Shown here piece by piece: positions 8,104 to 20,302 of a stretch of 21,782 bases of DNA (position 1 is the stretch's first letter; each line of letters starts with the position of its first letter). The stretch is taken from positions 1,443,147 to 1,464,928 of the forward strand of contig ML992505.1 in assembly GCA_010093995.1 (NCBI GenBank). The letters are read 5' to 3'. This stretch comes from Elsinoe ampelina. Taxonomy: Eukaryota. The notes beneath the pieces were generated by a model. The model was not told the DNA's origin and ran no database searches. It was given only the letters and a program-made list of their open reading frames with translations. The translations under genes were made by a program, and so were the position numbers.

Positions 8104-8960
8104 TTATGGACCAACTCGTTGTCCCATACCACGCATCTGTATACCGCTCCCCAACGTCGAATTCCTCTGCCCGGACACACTCGGCAGCACGCCATACCTC
8201 CCATAGGTCTTCTGATCCACCGAAACATAATGTGGCAGCCTTCCCAGTAAATTCAGCTTACCCTCCACCCACCTCAGTATCCTCTCCGACGGGACCAAGA
8301 ACTTGATATACCCAAGACCCCAAAGATATCCAATCAGCAAGCCGCAAACATGCCCAGTAAAGCTCGAAGCCGGTATCAGTGCCGATATCACCAGACATAC
8401 AGCGCAGGGATACGTCCAAGTCGGTATCTTCACACCTCCAATCTCGAAATTCGGATTCGCCTTCCAAGTCTTGATGGCCTCGCTCGCCATGAGCAGGAAT
8501 ATCCAGATGCTCGCACCTTGTACGCCGATATTGGAATGGAAGATGAACTTTTCTATCAACACATATAGACCACCGGGGAGAGTCGAGAAAGGACCGGTGA
8601 AGAGGGCGAGGGTGATGAGGGTGCCGAACTCTGCTTCGAAGCGTTCGAGGAGCGGGATCAGGGCGAGGATGTTGAGGAAGAAGTGGATGAAGCCGAGGTG
8701 GAGGAAGGGGTAGGTGTTGATTCTATGCACTGTGATGTGTTAGACCAAGTCGCCGAGCAGTCTTCGGGAGCCATACTGCTAGTCAAAGCCACCTCATTCG
8801 GTATTAATGCTGCCCATTTCGGGAACCACGGAAGTGTGAGACTGGCGATGAAGAATCCAACAGTGACCAGGCCGAGCAGTCGTGTGCATAGCGGCAGTCG
8901 TACTATATAAGACCGGGCTCGCTTCGCATCGCATTGGAAGAATGGCGACGTCGACGCCAT
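8104..8960 (-). CDS. RBD2: Rhomboid-type intramembrane serine protease 2. Exons 8960-8777, 8729-8104; 269 aa.
   Basis: RLPLCTR...; 47-nt intron GTATGG..CTAAC..CAG; MHRINTYPFLHLGFIHFFLN, ERFEAEFGT, catalytic GAS and GH(V)CG; C-terminal LPHYVSVDQKTYGRYGVLP typical of Pezizomycotina Rbd2. Confidence 0.92.
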
Positions 8961-9160
8961 GACTGTGGCACTCAATGCATGTTTCGCAGGTGGGAAAGTT
9001 CAGGAGATGAAGTCAAGACACGTCGCAAACGTCAAAGCTGCTGCGGCGCGTTTCTCCCGGCGGGGACTTGGGCTCTTTGTTGCGAGTGCCACCATCACGA
9101 GACCATCAACATTGGTGATGGGAGTCCAATAACACTAGCGATTGATCCAAAAGTGCTGCC

Positions 9161-11151
9161 ATGGCAAGATTGATATGTGAGTAATTTGCATTTGGCCCAG
9201 GACGTGGCTAATATCACTCAGCTGGGCTGTTGAGCCTGCGGCGAGACCCCCGACTCATAAAGCTGCCACCGTATCTATCGATCCTCCTGATTCTTGTCGG
9301 AATAGTTTGGCTATTAGTTCTGCCACTCGATGAATACTCGAGGAATACCTATGTCTCGGAAAATGCTCTTCTGCCAGGCCAGGTCCACACCTATTTTGGT
9401 GGCAGCGAGCACAATATCTTCCGAGCATATCGACAAGAAGTCGCTGCTCTTGCTGGAATGAGCGAACGAGAGTCAGTGCTGCTTTGTTGTGTTTGACTAG
9501 CCATCTGACGTTCTATAGTCGCACCGATGGACTTCTCAAGATACTTCAGTCACAAGGACTAAAGGCAGCCAGCCAAGACTACCACTTCTCTCGAGCTGGG
9601 CAATGGAAGAATGGTACCAACGTCTATGGTGTCATTCAAGGGCCTCGAGCAGATGCGACGGAGGCGATGGTGCTCATCGGCGCATGGTATAACTCAGAGG
9701 GCAAGATCAACTACAGCGGCGTTGCTCTCGTCCTCACACTGGCTCGATATTTCAAGCGCTGGTCACTCTGGTCAAAGGACATCATCGTCCTCCTCACTCC
9801 AGACAGCACATTCGGACCTCAAGCATGGGTCGATGCGTATCACGAATCACAAGACACTTCGGCAGTCGAGCCGCTATCGATCAAGTCCGGAGCACTGCAA
9901 GGAGCTGTAGCAGTTGACTATCCTGCTGGACCTTGGGGCCAACGCTTCGAGAAGCTGCATATTGTGTACGATGGCATCAATGGACAATTGCCGAACCTTG
10001 ACCTCATCAACACTGCTATCAACATTGCAAACAATCAGATCGGCATTGGCTGCACGATACAGAAGATGTGGCAACACGAGAACAAGTACAAGGAACGACT
10101 TCTGACCATCGCCCGTGGTATGCTCAGCCAAGCTGTCGGCCACTCAAGCGGACCTCATAGCAGCTTCATACCATACCACGTTGATGCAATTACGATCCAG
10201 ACTGTCGGAGATGGGTGGCACGACGAAATGTCACTGGGCAGATCGGTGGAAGGACTGTTCCGCAGTCTCAACAATCTGCTAGAGCACTTGCATCAAAGCT
10301 TCTTCTTCTACCTCTTGATGCACTCCAACCGATTCGTCAGTATCGGCACCTATCTACCCAGCGCCATGTTGATCGCCGGGAGCTTCACGATCACCGCAAT
10401 CCTCCTCTGGTTTCTGAGTGGTCGGCCTGGCACAAGGTCTTCCAATCCTCCGAAAGCATCCGCTTTGGACAAAAAGGAGCCTGTTGCCCTTGTCAAGAGC
10501 GGAGATAGTGTAGCTGTAGTGCCAGCGCAGGATTTGGAGACAGTGGAGCGGGATCTCAATTTGCCCTTATTGGTGGTCTTCGGTGCACATGCGGCTGGAG
10601 TGGTGCCTTTCTACATCATCAACCATGCGCCACAGTCATCACTCGACATGCTCGGACCCGTCCTCGGAGCCGCATCTATCCTCACACCTGTGATTGCATC
10701 TGCGGCAGTATCACGAAGCATGGAAGTCACTGTGCAACAACTCATGCTCATCCAATGCTTCTCACTTCTCGTACTCGGAGCCGCGCTCTCCACTCTAGCA
10801 ACCATCAACTTCGCACAAGCATTTATCATCGGCATCGCAGCGAGCCCCTTGTCATTCGTCCGACCTCTCTCACCCCGAATGCCTCTCCAACCACGAGCAG
10901 AATTCACCCTCGTCGGCATGGTGATACTCAGCGCCATCGCTCCCATGACGCTCCTCTGGGGCGGCAGCTACTACTTCCACCAACCCCTCCGCGACGTCCT
11001 CAGCGCAGCGGCATGGGCATGGCGGGTAGAAAGAGTATGGACGGGCGTGACAGTTTGGCTGGTATGGTGGCCAGCATGGGCGTGCAGCGTCTTTGCATGG
11101 ACAAGTGGGGTGTTCCAGACGACCCCTTCTCCCAGGGTCAGAAAAAGCTAG
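9161..11151 (+). CDS. GAA1: GPI transamidase component Gaa1. Exons 9161-9176, 9222-9471, 9519-11151; 632 aa.
   Basis: N-terminal TM followed by RNTYVSENALLPGQ; PRADATEA, WSKDII, GINGQLPNLDLIN, RSLNNLLEHLHQSFFFYL and FVSIGTYLP motifs; C-terminal TM helices. Two canonical introns (45 and 47 nt) keep frame. Confidence 0.95.
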
Positions 11152-11281
11152 TCAATTCGTATGCTCGTATACTACCATCTCATGGACTCCAGTCCAGTCC
11201 ACTTCCATCCGCTAATCACGACCCCTCTTCCTTCCCTCTCCCCATCCCTCTCCCCGGCCCCCTGGCCCCTCTCCATCCCCC

Positions 11282-11825
11282 TCACATCTTCGCCTTCAAC
11301 TCCTCCGCCAACTTCGCCAGTCTCCCCTTGTCCGCCTCCTGCATCGGCCAACCCACCCCCAACCCCTCCTCCTCATTCGGCTTCGGGATGAAATGGAAAT
11401 GAACGTGGTCCACCTGCTGATGCGCCAGTCGCCCGTTGTTCTGCAGGATATTATAGTTCTCCGCGCCCGAGGCTTTGGCGATGCGTCGTGTGACCGAGAG
11501 GACCTCGGAGAGAGACTCGTCGGGCACGTCGGTGAGTTTGGCGCCGTGGTGTTTGGGGATGATGAGCTGGAGGGCAGAGAGGTTAGTCGATGGAGGGAAG
11601 GGGGGATGGAGGGATTGGGTGGGGGAAAGGGGTACCCTGATGGGCGGGAAGAGGACATACTGCGTGGCCGTAGCTTAGCGGGTTGATGTCGAGAAAGGCA
11701 AAGGTTTTGTCGGATTCGAAGAGTTTCATCGAGGGGATGTCGCCTGGGGGGTTTATTAGAGGGGGGATGAGGGGAGGGGATGGACACGGACCTTTGATGA
11801 TTTTGCAGAAGATGCAGGCTGCCAT
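11282..11825 (-). CDS. HNT1: HIT-family protein Hnt1 (adenosine 5'-monophosphoramidase). Exons 11825-11792, 11743-11661, 11566-11282; 133 aa.
   Basis: MAACIFCKIIKGDIPS...FAFLDINPLSYGHALIIPKHHG...YNILQNNGRLAHQQVDHVHFHFIPKP with the histidine triad HxHxH. Canonical introns of 48 and 94 nt. An in-frame ATG also exists at 11834. Confidence 0.95.
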
Positions 11826-12271
11826 TTTGGACATTCGGGTGGTGGCAATTGAGTTTCTGTGGTGGGTTTGCTGCTGTTGATGCCACTGGGAGCTGTCAAT
11901 TGAGGTGTCGGCCCAAACAACGTTAGATGCGGGGCAATTCTTGCTCTGAAACAAGCTCCGACCTGGCAGCTCCAGAATCTGCTGGTGGTGCCGTGAGTGA
12001 GTGCGTCGTCGGGGCCAAGGGTTCAATGGTTCAGCTCGACCTGGGCCGGATCATCCGCGTGGCCCGGCTCAGCGATTGGGGATCTTCAGGTTCACATGCG
12101 GTTTCATGGTCTGATTTGGTTGTTGGTATTTTTTGTTTGTCACGGCACGACACCACGACGCGAAAATCCCGACGGTCGACGAGTATCCTTACCGGACATC
12201 CTGGGCATGGTGAGATGGTGGTAGAGACTCCTTATCTGGACATGGCATGAGAGCATTCGATCGGCGTAATC

Positions 12272-13982
12272 ATGTCTGGGAATCCGTTTCGCAAGCAGCA
12301 GCCTGCAGGAGGAGATGCTGGGCAGAATGGAGAGAAGAAGAGTATGCCTCTCCCTGCCACCCTACCTCGTCATAGAACTGACTTGCATCTCAGAAAAGGT
12401 AAAGAAGGTCCAATTCGTTTCGCCTGTCGCGTCACCGCAAGAACCGCCTTCCCACCCTCGATTCCCTTCCCTGGAGGAACTGGATGACGCGCCCAAATCA
12501 CCTCCGCCGAAAGGACACGAGTTTGATAGCATAGATACCGCGGCTCTACTGAGAGGAGACCTTACCGCTGGAGGTACTATCGACCTACAAGCTCACGATA
12601 AGCAAGAGGAAGCATCAGCTGCAAACACACCTGTCTCACCTGTGCCGCCCGTCCCTCAGCTAAGAAATCCGCCGCCTGGGAGACGAGGACCGCCTGCAAA
12701 TCCGTTTACAAGAACGCTGGCGACCATGGAGCCGAACGGGACAGGCAAGGACGGTGGAGACGCCGCGAAGAAGCCTGCCATGGATGTCGACGCCTTCAAG
12801 AGGCTGCTGCTTACTGGTAAAGCGGATGGCCCGGTAGAGCAACCGAAGCTGGACACTGGTAGTCTCACGGACGCCTCATCTGTATCAAGGCAGTCGCTCT
12901 CCGACGGTAGCAAGGAAGCGCAGCCAGAGTCCCCGGCGTCCTCATTGGAAGATGCCAGCACTGAAGAGGAGGAATCAGATTCAGAGGATGAGGCAGTCGA
13001 AGACCCCGTGCCGGAACAGACAACCACGGCTATCGAAAGGACAACTTCGGGCAATGGTCCACAAACTGTTTCTTTCGACGACTTCGACAAGGACTTGGAA
13101 AGCGTGCAATCTGAATTGCCCCAGGAAGCTATCCCTACACCACAATTACCTCGAGAAAGATCGACATCTGACCTCAATAAGCCGCTTCCAGCTTCTCCGA
13201 CCACTGCACCTATTGGTCTAGAAGTGCCTGTGTCGCAAGCACAGGTCAATGAAGCAAAGTCGCCAGCAAAGAAGGCTGGTCTACCACCTCCGCCCCCAAC
13301 ATCACGGCGAGGCTTCAAACCCGCGAGCCGGAGCCGAAGCAGCTCAAATGTGGACCCGCCTGCACCAGCCACACCAGAGTCAGAATCGGTGACAGCTCCA
13401 TCGGCCGGCAAACCCAAACCACCGCCACCTCGAGCTCCTCCGCCGCGAGTAGCGAGCAGAGAGACGAAGCGACTGTCAAGTCTCCAAGATCATGCCAATT
13501 CGTCATCAGATTCTGTACCGACCGTGTCGACACCGGATGCAGAGTTGACATCGTCAGCAAAACTCAGACCACCACCTCCACCAAGTCGCTCATCACACAA
13601 GCAGTCCCAATCTCAAGATCTTAAGCGTACACCATCATCTAGCTCTTCCATCAAACAATCAGTCCGGAAAGTGTCACCGGCCACAGGTGGAGCGGCGGCT
13701 CCGCCTCCTCCACCCCGACCACGGAGAGGCGACAAGCGCTCTTCCATCGATGGCACGCAGGCTGGTCTCAATGGTGATACCAGCGACACCAGACGATCGA
13801 GTGGCATGAGTTTTGATAGGAGAGATTCCGTTTCGTCGCTCCAGCGAGTGACCGAAGACGAGGCGGCTCAAGCGGCAAAGGCCGAGGCGGAACAGAAGGC
13901 GACAAATGATATGCTTGCTGATCTGGATGCTTTTCAACGGGAAGTAGATGCCTTGAGGGCGAAGGCCTTACGAGGCAAGTGA
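12272..13982 (+). CDS. Pro/Ser-rich, largely disordered hypothetical protein. Exons 12272-12341, 12394-13982; 552 aa.
   Basis: Long ORF plus a 52-nt GTATGC..CTGAC..CAG intron. Two NPF motifs, MDVDAFKRLLLTG, several PPPPPxxR motifs and a C-terminal helix DMLADLDAFQREVDALR. Confidence 0.85.
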
Positions 13983-14744
13983 GACAATATCATGTTGTCG
14001 AAGAAGCGACAGAGGACTCCAACGGCCAGGTCAGAGTACGACGTACTTATGATCGTTGTTCAGGAGTTTCCTTCATCACCTCCAACCACGCCATCAATAT
14101 ACGAACAGCCCGCGACCTAGAAGAAGCAGTGCTGGCTGTCGTATGATCATTCTGGTACTCGGAGAGAATTGCTCAAGATGATGGCCCACCAGTGTCCTGC
14201 TCGGACACTCCGTCGTACAAGACTGACAAGGATGAAAAGTCAGAAGGCTGCCTGCAGCTCAGCTACCTCCCAGGTCCACTGCTTTGTGCGTCTCCTGACA
14301 CTTTACACGATATTCATTTGGTTGTCATCAACTCCAGTGAAGGGGGTTGGGCATGAGGAGATGTATTGATAGGGATGGTCATCTGCAATAGAGGTATGGG
14401 ACGTGGTGCTGATCGATAGAAGGTAGTAGATAGGACAGGCCCGCCGGGGCAGCATGGCATGATTCATCCCGGGATCGGTCCTCAGTGCCTTCTGCTTCGG
14501 AGCCGTCTCGACGTCCGCGACTAGATTGTTCAGCCTTAAAGCTCGCCATCGGATTCTGTGTGACTCTGTCGCCGCAGTCTGTCCAGAGCACAAGTCACGT
14601 TGGCATTGTCGGGGGATAGACACTTAAGAGGACATGCCAACAAGCAAAGCAAATCACCTTCGCTACCAGATATTATTACCGGCCAACCCTCCTCAGTGAC
14701 TAAAGAGACTGAAACTCATCACTCACACACTCCCGCCCCGCCCC

Positions 14745-15788
14745 TCACTGCCCACAAAACTCCGCCGGCGTAGTACACCTATTATTCCTCACCACATTCC
14801 CCTCCCCCTGCGACCCCACAAAAATATCCACATCATTCCCCGTCAACACATTCCCCCTGACCAAATTATCCCTGGCCACGACCCCAAACTGCGTCGCATC
14901 CACCAACCCAATCCCCGCCGCCTGCCCACCCGCCCTCTGATCCCGGACCTTATTCCGCGCCACCGTGGTCCCGTTCGCACCGAAGATCAAAATCCCCGTG
15001 ACGAACCCAAAAGCCGTCAGACAATCCGGGTTATTCGGCCCGATGTCGTTCCCGACGACGCGCGCCGAGATGCCGGGGTCGATGAAGGCGCCGGCGCACG
15101 CGTCGACGACTTTATTGTCCTCGTAGACGGCGCCGTTGGTCTGCACGCAGAGACCGATGCCGTACCCTGCTACGGAATTGGAGGCGACGCGCGAGGGCCC
15201 GTTGTCGTCTGTGCAGATGCCGATGAAGCTCAGCACGGGGGTGGTGATGGTGTTGCTTTTCACGAGGGTGGAGGTGGAGAAGTGCGAGAGGATGCCGTAC
15301 GAGCTGGCGTTGAGGAGGGTGTTGGAGCGGAGGGTGGTGGTGTCTGTGCCGAGCGTGGCGATGTTGAGGGCGAAGTTGGCGATGGTGAAGCCTGTGATGG
15401 TGATGTCGCGGGTGGGGCGCGAGATGGAGAGGACGTCGCGGTGTTCGCTGCCAGGGTAGGGGCCGGGGACGACGTCTTTGCCGGTGATGCAGATGCCGGC
15501 GTTGGTGCCGGGGCCGGCGAGGTCGGTGCAGGTGTTGTTGGTCAAGGTGGAGGGGGGCAGGAGGGTGGCTTCTTTGCCTACCAGGGTGATGCCGTTCTTG
15601 GTGATGAGGAGTTGTTCGCGGTAGGTGCCCTTCTGGACGACGATGCGGGTGTTGGGCTTCGCGTTGTTGATGGCTTTTTGGATGGATTGACCTTGCTTAA
15701 CAGTGACGTCCCCTCCTCGGGCGGCGACTGCAGGAGTCGAGGCCACAAGGAAGGGCAGGCTCAATGTAAGAAGTAGTGGGAAATGCAT
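14745..15788 (-). CDS. Secreted right-handed parallel beta-helix protein (pectin lyase-like/NosD-like fold); intronless, 347 aa
   Basis: Signal peptide MHFPLLLTLSLPFLVA; VKQGQSIQKAINNAKP...GTYREQL start typical of beta-helix proteins; repeated Asn-ladder units (xxNxI/V, GI). Substrate not assignable. Confidence 0.85.
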   Translation of the reverse strand: MHFPLLLTLSLPFLVASTPAVAARGGDVTVKQGQSIQKAINNAKPNTRIVVQKGTYREQLLITKNGITLVGKEATLLPPSTLTNNTCTDLAGPGTNAGICITGKDVVPGPYPGSEHRDVLSISRPTRDITITGFTIANFALNIATLGTDTTTLRSNTLLNASSYGILSHFSTSTLVKSNTITTPVLSFIGICTDDNGPSRVASNSVAGYGIGLCVQTNGAVYEDNKVVDACAGAFIDPGISARVVGNDIGPNNPDCLTAFGFVTGILIFGANGTTVARNKVRDQRAGGQAAGIGLVDATQFGVVARDNLVRGNVLTGNDVDIFVGSQGEGNVVRNNRCTTPAEFCGQ

Positions 15789-17675
15789 TTTGATAGATGC
15801 GTCAAGCTTGTAATGATCTGGGAGGGCAAGTGAAGGATGAACGGGATGAAGACCTACGAACTTGGTTCTCCTCCTCGGTTTACTTATACCTTGCCTGCTG
15901 TCGACATGTGTTCCGACCGTTTTGTGCTCAAATGATGCTGACTCTGATGCAGGACCATGCTCATGCTGGAGCGGAATGCCAAGTCAAGAGCACATCAACG
16001 ATTGGTCGTTGAAAAGGAGGCGTCGAGCGGAGGCGTTGCCAAGACGCCGGGGTGAACAGGTTCATGGACCCTCGACTGGTTTTGTGGCGCTGCGCAGGGT
16101 AAGGGATACGCACGTAAGAATTTGTTTTTAAGTCGAACCAGGTCAAGACGCTCCCGATTTGGCTCTCGGTGTAACCACTCGTTACACATATCCTATCAGA
16201 GGTCTTCACTGCTGTCATGGGCATTCCAGGTCTGGGCTAGTGGAACGCCATGTGCTCAATTGCTGGGACGATAGGGTCCATCCTTCTGGTCGGACAATTG
16301 TCTGTCGACAGCCCTGCGAAACGTCTGCTTTTCTCGTGGCGTCCTATTCGCTACACATGTCCCAACAGAAGCAGACTACCGTATGTGGCAGCACAAAAAT
16401 AGTCTAGCCTGAGTGCGAATTGTTGTTTATAGACAAAACGGTGCGATTAGAGAAACACCGGTATGATTGTGATCGGGCGCTTGATTCATCTGACCTGTTC
16501 AGACCAGGTAGAGTGGCGGTGTCTGGGCAAGACCATGGTCTATCCTATTCAAGCACGCGACCATATTCGGGCAATGCTGATGTGGTCCAGCCTGGACGAG
16601 CTAGGGTGCTGCGACCTGGATCGCGCATCTTCCTCGAATAAGTCCATTGGCGAAAGCCACCGCGAGTCAGTGAATCAGTGATACTCAGCAAGTACCGTGC
16701 GTCGGCAAAACACTGTTCAGCAGATCCGACATCCGACGAACAGGCAGTGCAACCTGCAGAAAGTTGGCGGTCCATGTGTCTACAAGCGACCGGGCACCAT
16801 GGATGGAAGTCACAAGCTGGGTAATAGACTGTCACCCGCACTTTTGTCTGTGCTCGGGTCATGGCAACGTGGCACGTGAGACATCAGCGACGAGCATAGA
16901 ATCCAGCTACCGCCTATGACTGTCAGCATTCACGTGGGGCCCGTCGTAAGCGAATGCTTACAAAATCGTTAATTCGATGTTTTCACAGTTGCTGACTTCC
17001 TGGAAACCGTGGGAAGCAGAGCTGGGCCGTGATCGTCTTGACATAGCGTTCGTGCGACTCTGTACTCTTCAGATGCATCACATCCAACGCGTATGGTCTG
17101 CAACCAACATACGTCCGCGCAGATCTTCTGCCTTTGCTTCAACTCTAGCATGCACTTTCATGGCAAACCTCAGGCAGCCATTACCTCCGCTGCCGAGAGT
17201 TCCGCAGCCCGTTGAGAGCGAGACGGAAAGGATGACGAATTCTTGTAGTGACCCCAAAGCCACTTGTGGAACGTATCTCCCTCTAGATGCATTGGGCGTG
17301 ATGAAGGCTGTACAACTAGCCGAGTGTTGCAACGTACGCCCTATGGGCATGTTTGAGAGGGCGGATGCGCGATTGGATAAGTAGAGCATCAACCGCTCGC
17401 GGTGTGATAGCCATCGCTGGTAGTAGTATGCGTCAATTGGTCGAGATCATGGTCGCGAAGAAGTAAAGTGTGACGAAGAAATGTATGGACATTGACTCAC
17501 CTTGCCATAGCTTGCTACGTTCATGACAAGTCATTCGTGACACCCTCATGCGGTGATACACGTAGAGGGACTTACACGACCGCGTCTTTCAGATCATACC
17601 ATCGATACCTCTTGACACGTCAGGATGCAGTGACTACCAATAGCTGAGCCCGACGAAATTATAAAGAGACGTTCT

Positions 17676-17765
17676 CGGGGATTTTCGGGACGACCTCGGA
17701 GAAGCTGGGGAAGCTCTTGGCGTGTGCGGAAAAGTGTGGGGTGAACTCCCGGGGTGCGGAATAAT
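17676..17765. promoter_or_regulatory. Cluster of CreA-type SYGGRG sites and CGG triplets upstream of the MFS gene
   Basis: CTGGGG 17705, GTGGGG 17736, CCGGGG 17749 and several CGG(A/G) half-sites, including GTGCGGAA twice, 450-540 bp upstream of ATG 18218. Confidence 0.35.
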
Positions 17766-18217
17766 TTCCACGTCGAGACGGCTGGTCGATTTTGCATCTT
17801 GTCATATCATGCACTCTACGGCCCATCGTGTTCTTTAAATACATTAATGAGGATGAATTTCAACCATTTTCGTCCACTCGCCGATTTTAAGACATGCCCC
17901 GATTGTCAAGCTGCATACAAGCATCATTGCCGCAAATTGAGAAGCTTGAACCGGGCGTCAATCTTGACCTCATGCATGACAAGCGTGAAGCGGGGTTGAG
18001 ATCGTCGGCGGTTGAACGACTGTGATCCTGCACGGCGAATGTCCCCAGATTGAATCCTGCATGAATGCGGAACCTGGCCGTCGGGGATCACTACATCTGT
18101 TGCAGGTAGGCCATCTCTCTTTCTCTCTCGCGACGTTGATAGCAAGTGCATCAACCTTGAATCTACTTCTGCTTGGTCCGGGATCGCTTGTGCTGTTACT
18201 CTGCCTCGACATTCAGC

Positions 18218-19929
18218 ATGGCTGTCCATGTGGATGAGAAGGACCATTCCCCATCACACCTTGAGCGCCGGCTATCAGAGACTTCTTCACCCAAGGTCTT
18301 GTCTGAGGATGATGACTACCAGATTGACCCAGTTGCTGAGAAGCGTATGCTTCGCAAGATTGACTTCCGTCTTATCCCGGCCCTCTTCCTGCTATTCCTA
18401 CTGGCCTTCCTGGACCGAAGCAATATCGGCAACGCCAGGATCCAAGGCATGACCGAAGACCTCAAGATGACAGGAAGGGACTATAATATTGCACTCTTCA
18501 TCTTTTTCCCGCCTTACATATTGTTCGAAGGTAAAAAGTTTAGAGTGTAACTACCGAGATACTGCTGACGGCAGATCAGTCCCTTGCAATATCTTGATCA
18601 AGAGGATGAAGCCATCCACATTCCTGAGCGTGATCATGGTACTTTGGGGCATAGCAACGACAGCACAAGGATTCGTAAAGAATACCGCAGGGCTCGCGGG
18701 ATGCCGATTCCTGCTAGGCCTATTTGAAGCTGGCTTCTTCCCAGGTAGATCGAGTGACGTATCACTTTACCTTCCAGTTCTCTGACAACCTTACCAGGTT
18801 GCGTATACCTCATCAGCATGTACTACAAACGCTACGAACTCCAACGCCGCTTCACCTTCTTCTTCTCCGCCAGCATCATCTCCGGCAGCTTCTCCGGCTT
18901 CCTTGCCTACGCCATTGCGAACATGAGTGGCGTTGGAGGCTACGGCGGCTGGCGCTGGATCTTCATCCTCGAAGGCCTATTCACCGTCCTTGTCGGCATC
19001 GCTAGTAAATGGTTTGTAGCAGACTGGCCTGAGCAAGCCAAGTTCCTCAACGAAGACGAGAGACGCATGCTTCGTGTTCGACTCAAGCAGGACGGTGGCG
19101 ACATTCGTATGGATCGTCTCGACAAGGCTGCAAGAAAGCGGGTGTTCTCCGACTGGAAGATCTACTGCGGCATCGTCATGTATCTCGGCGTGGTAAGTCC
19201 CTCTTCCCCCATTCTGCCACCTCTCCACCAACCACATCTGCTCCCCGAAAATCCCACCATCCCCTCCTATCTCCCCCACCATCTCCACTCCCTCTCCACT
19301 AACACCCCCCCAAGGTCAACTGCTCCTACTCCACCTCCTTCTTCGTCCCCACCATCATCCAAGAACTCGGCTTCACCGCCGCAGCCGCCCAAGTCCGCTC
19401 CATCCCGGTCTACGTCTGCGCCACCCTCGGCGCCATCCTCACCGCGTTCCTGACAGACCACTTCCGGCACCGCTACGCCTTCTGCATCATCGGCATCCTC
19501 ATCGCCAGCGTGGGCGAGATCCTGCTCCTGGTCGGCGCCTCCGTCTCCGTGGGCGTGCGCTATTTCGCTGTCTTTGCGGTCACGACGGGGACGTACGTCA
19601 CGCAGCCCGTGACGTTGACGTGGATGCAGAATAATATGGGGGGTCATTATAAGCGGAGTATCAGTAGTGCGATGATGGTGGGGTTTGGGAATGTCGGGGG
19701 CATTGTGGCGAGTAATATCTTTTTGGTCGAGGAGAGGCCGAGGTATCCGACGGGGTATGGGGTGAGTTTGGGGTTGTTGTGGGTTTGTACAGGGGCGTGT
19801 ACGGTTTTGTTGTGGGGTTTGAGGAGGGAGAATAGGAAGAGGGAGAGAGGTGAGAGGGATTATAGGTTTGAGAGTAGGGAGAGGGATAATTTGGGGGATG
19901 ATTTTCCGACTTTTAGGTATATCTACTAA
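18218..19929 (+). CDS. MFS transporter, anion:cation symporter (Dal5/Tna1-like) family. Exons 18218-18530, 18580-18744, 18798-19192, 19315-19929; 495 aa.
   Basis: EKRMLRKIDFRLIP, FLDRSNIGNARIQG, RFLLGLFEAGFFPG, YYKRYELQRR, GWRWIFILEG, RRENRKR and terminal DxxPTFRY motifs. Three introns restore frame; the third uses an AAG acceptor after CTAAC. Confidence 0.93.
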
Positions 19930-20302
19930 CAGCGGCCGGTGTACTATGACTATCAATGCAGTCCGATCAGGCGCTCTGTGCCTTAGATTCGCTTGTGCTG
20001 TCGTGATCCTTGGCAGTGGCCGGTTCTCACACATTGCGCCTCACAAGGGAGTGAGGAAGCTAAAGAAAGTTTCTGGGTCTTAGAAGCTTGGATGAGCTTG
20101 ATTGCAGAACTTGGCGAGCTTGAGGGGTTCCATGATCGGTCACGTGACGCTCGACGGAATATCCGAAAGATAAGGTATCATGTAGAAGATGGAAGAATAT
20201 CGTAAGCCACGCTGCTTTCCTTCACCCATACCTGTCTTCATTTCGGGTCCTGAGATGATCCTGGCTCTGACCTCGTCTGCAGGATAGCGAGGTCGATCTG
20301 CT

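Noticed and set aside
4088..11825. Functional link between zf-HIT (Vps71) and HIT hydrolase (Hnt1)
   Set aside because: The shared name is coincidental; the domains are unrelated.
12656..13417. 253-aa antisense ORF (similarly 19267-20034 and 15282-15776)
   Set aside because: Shadow frames opposite well-supported genes.
14745..19929. Secondary-metabolite gene cluster
   Set aside because: No PKS, NRPS, terpene synthase or cluster regulator in the window.
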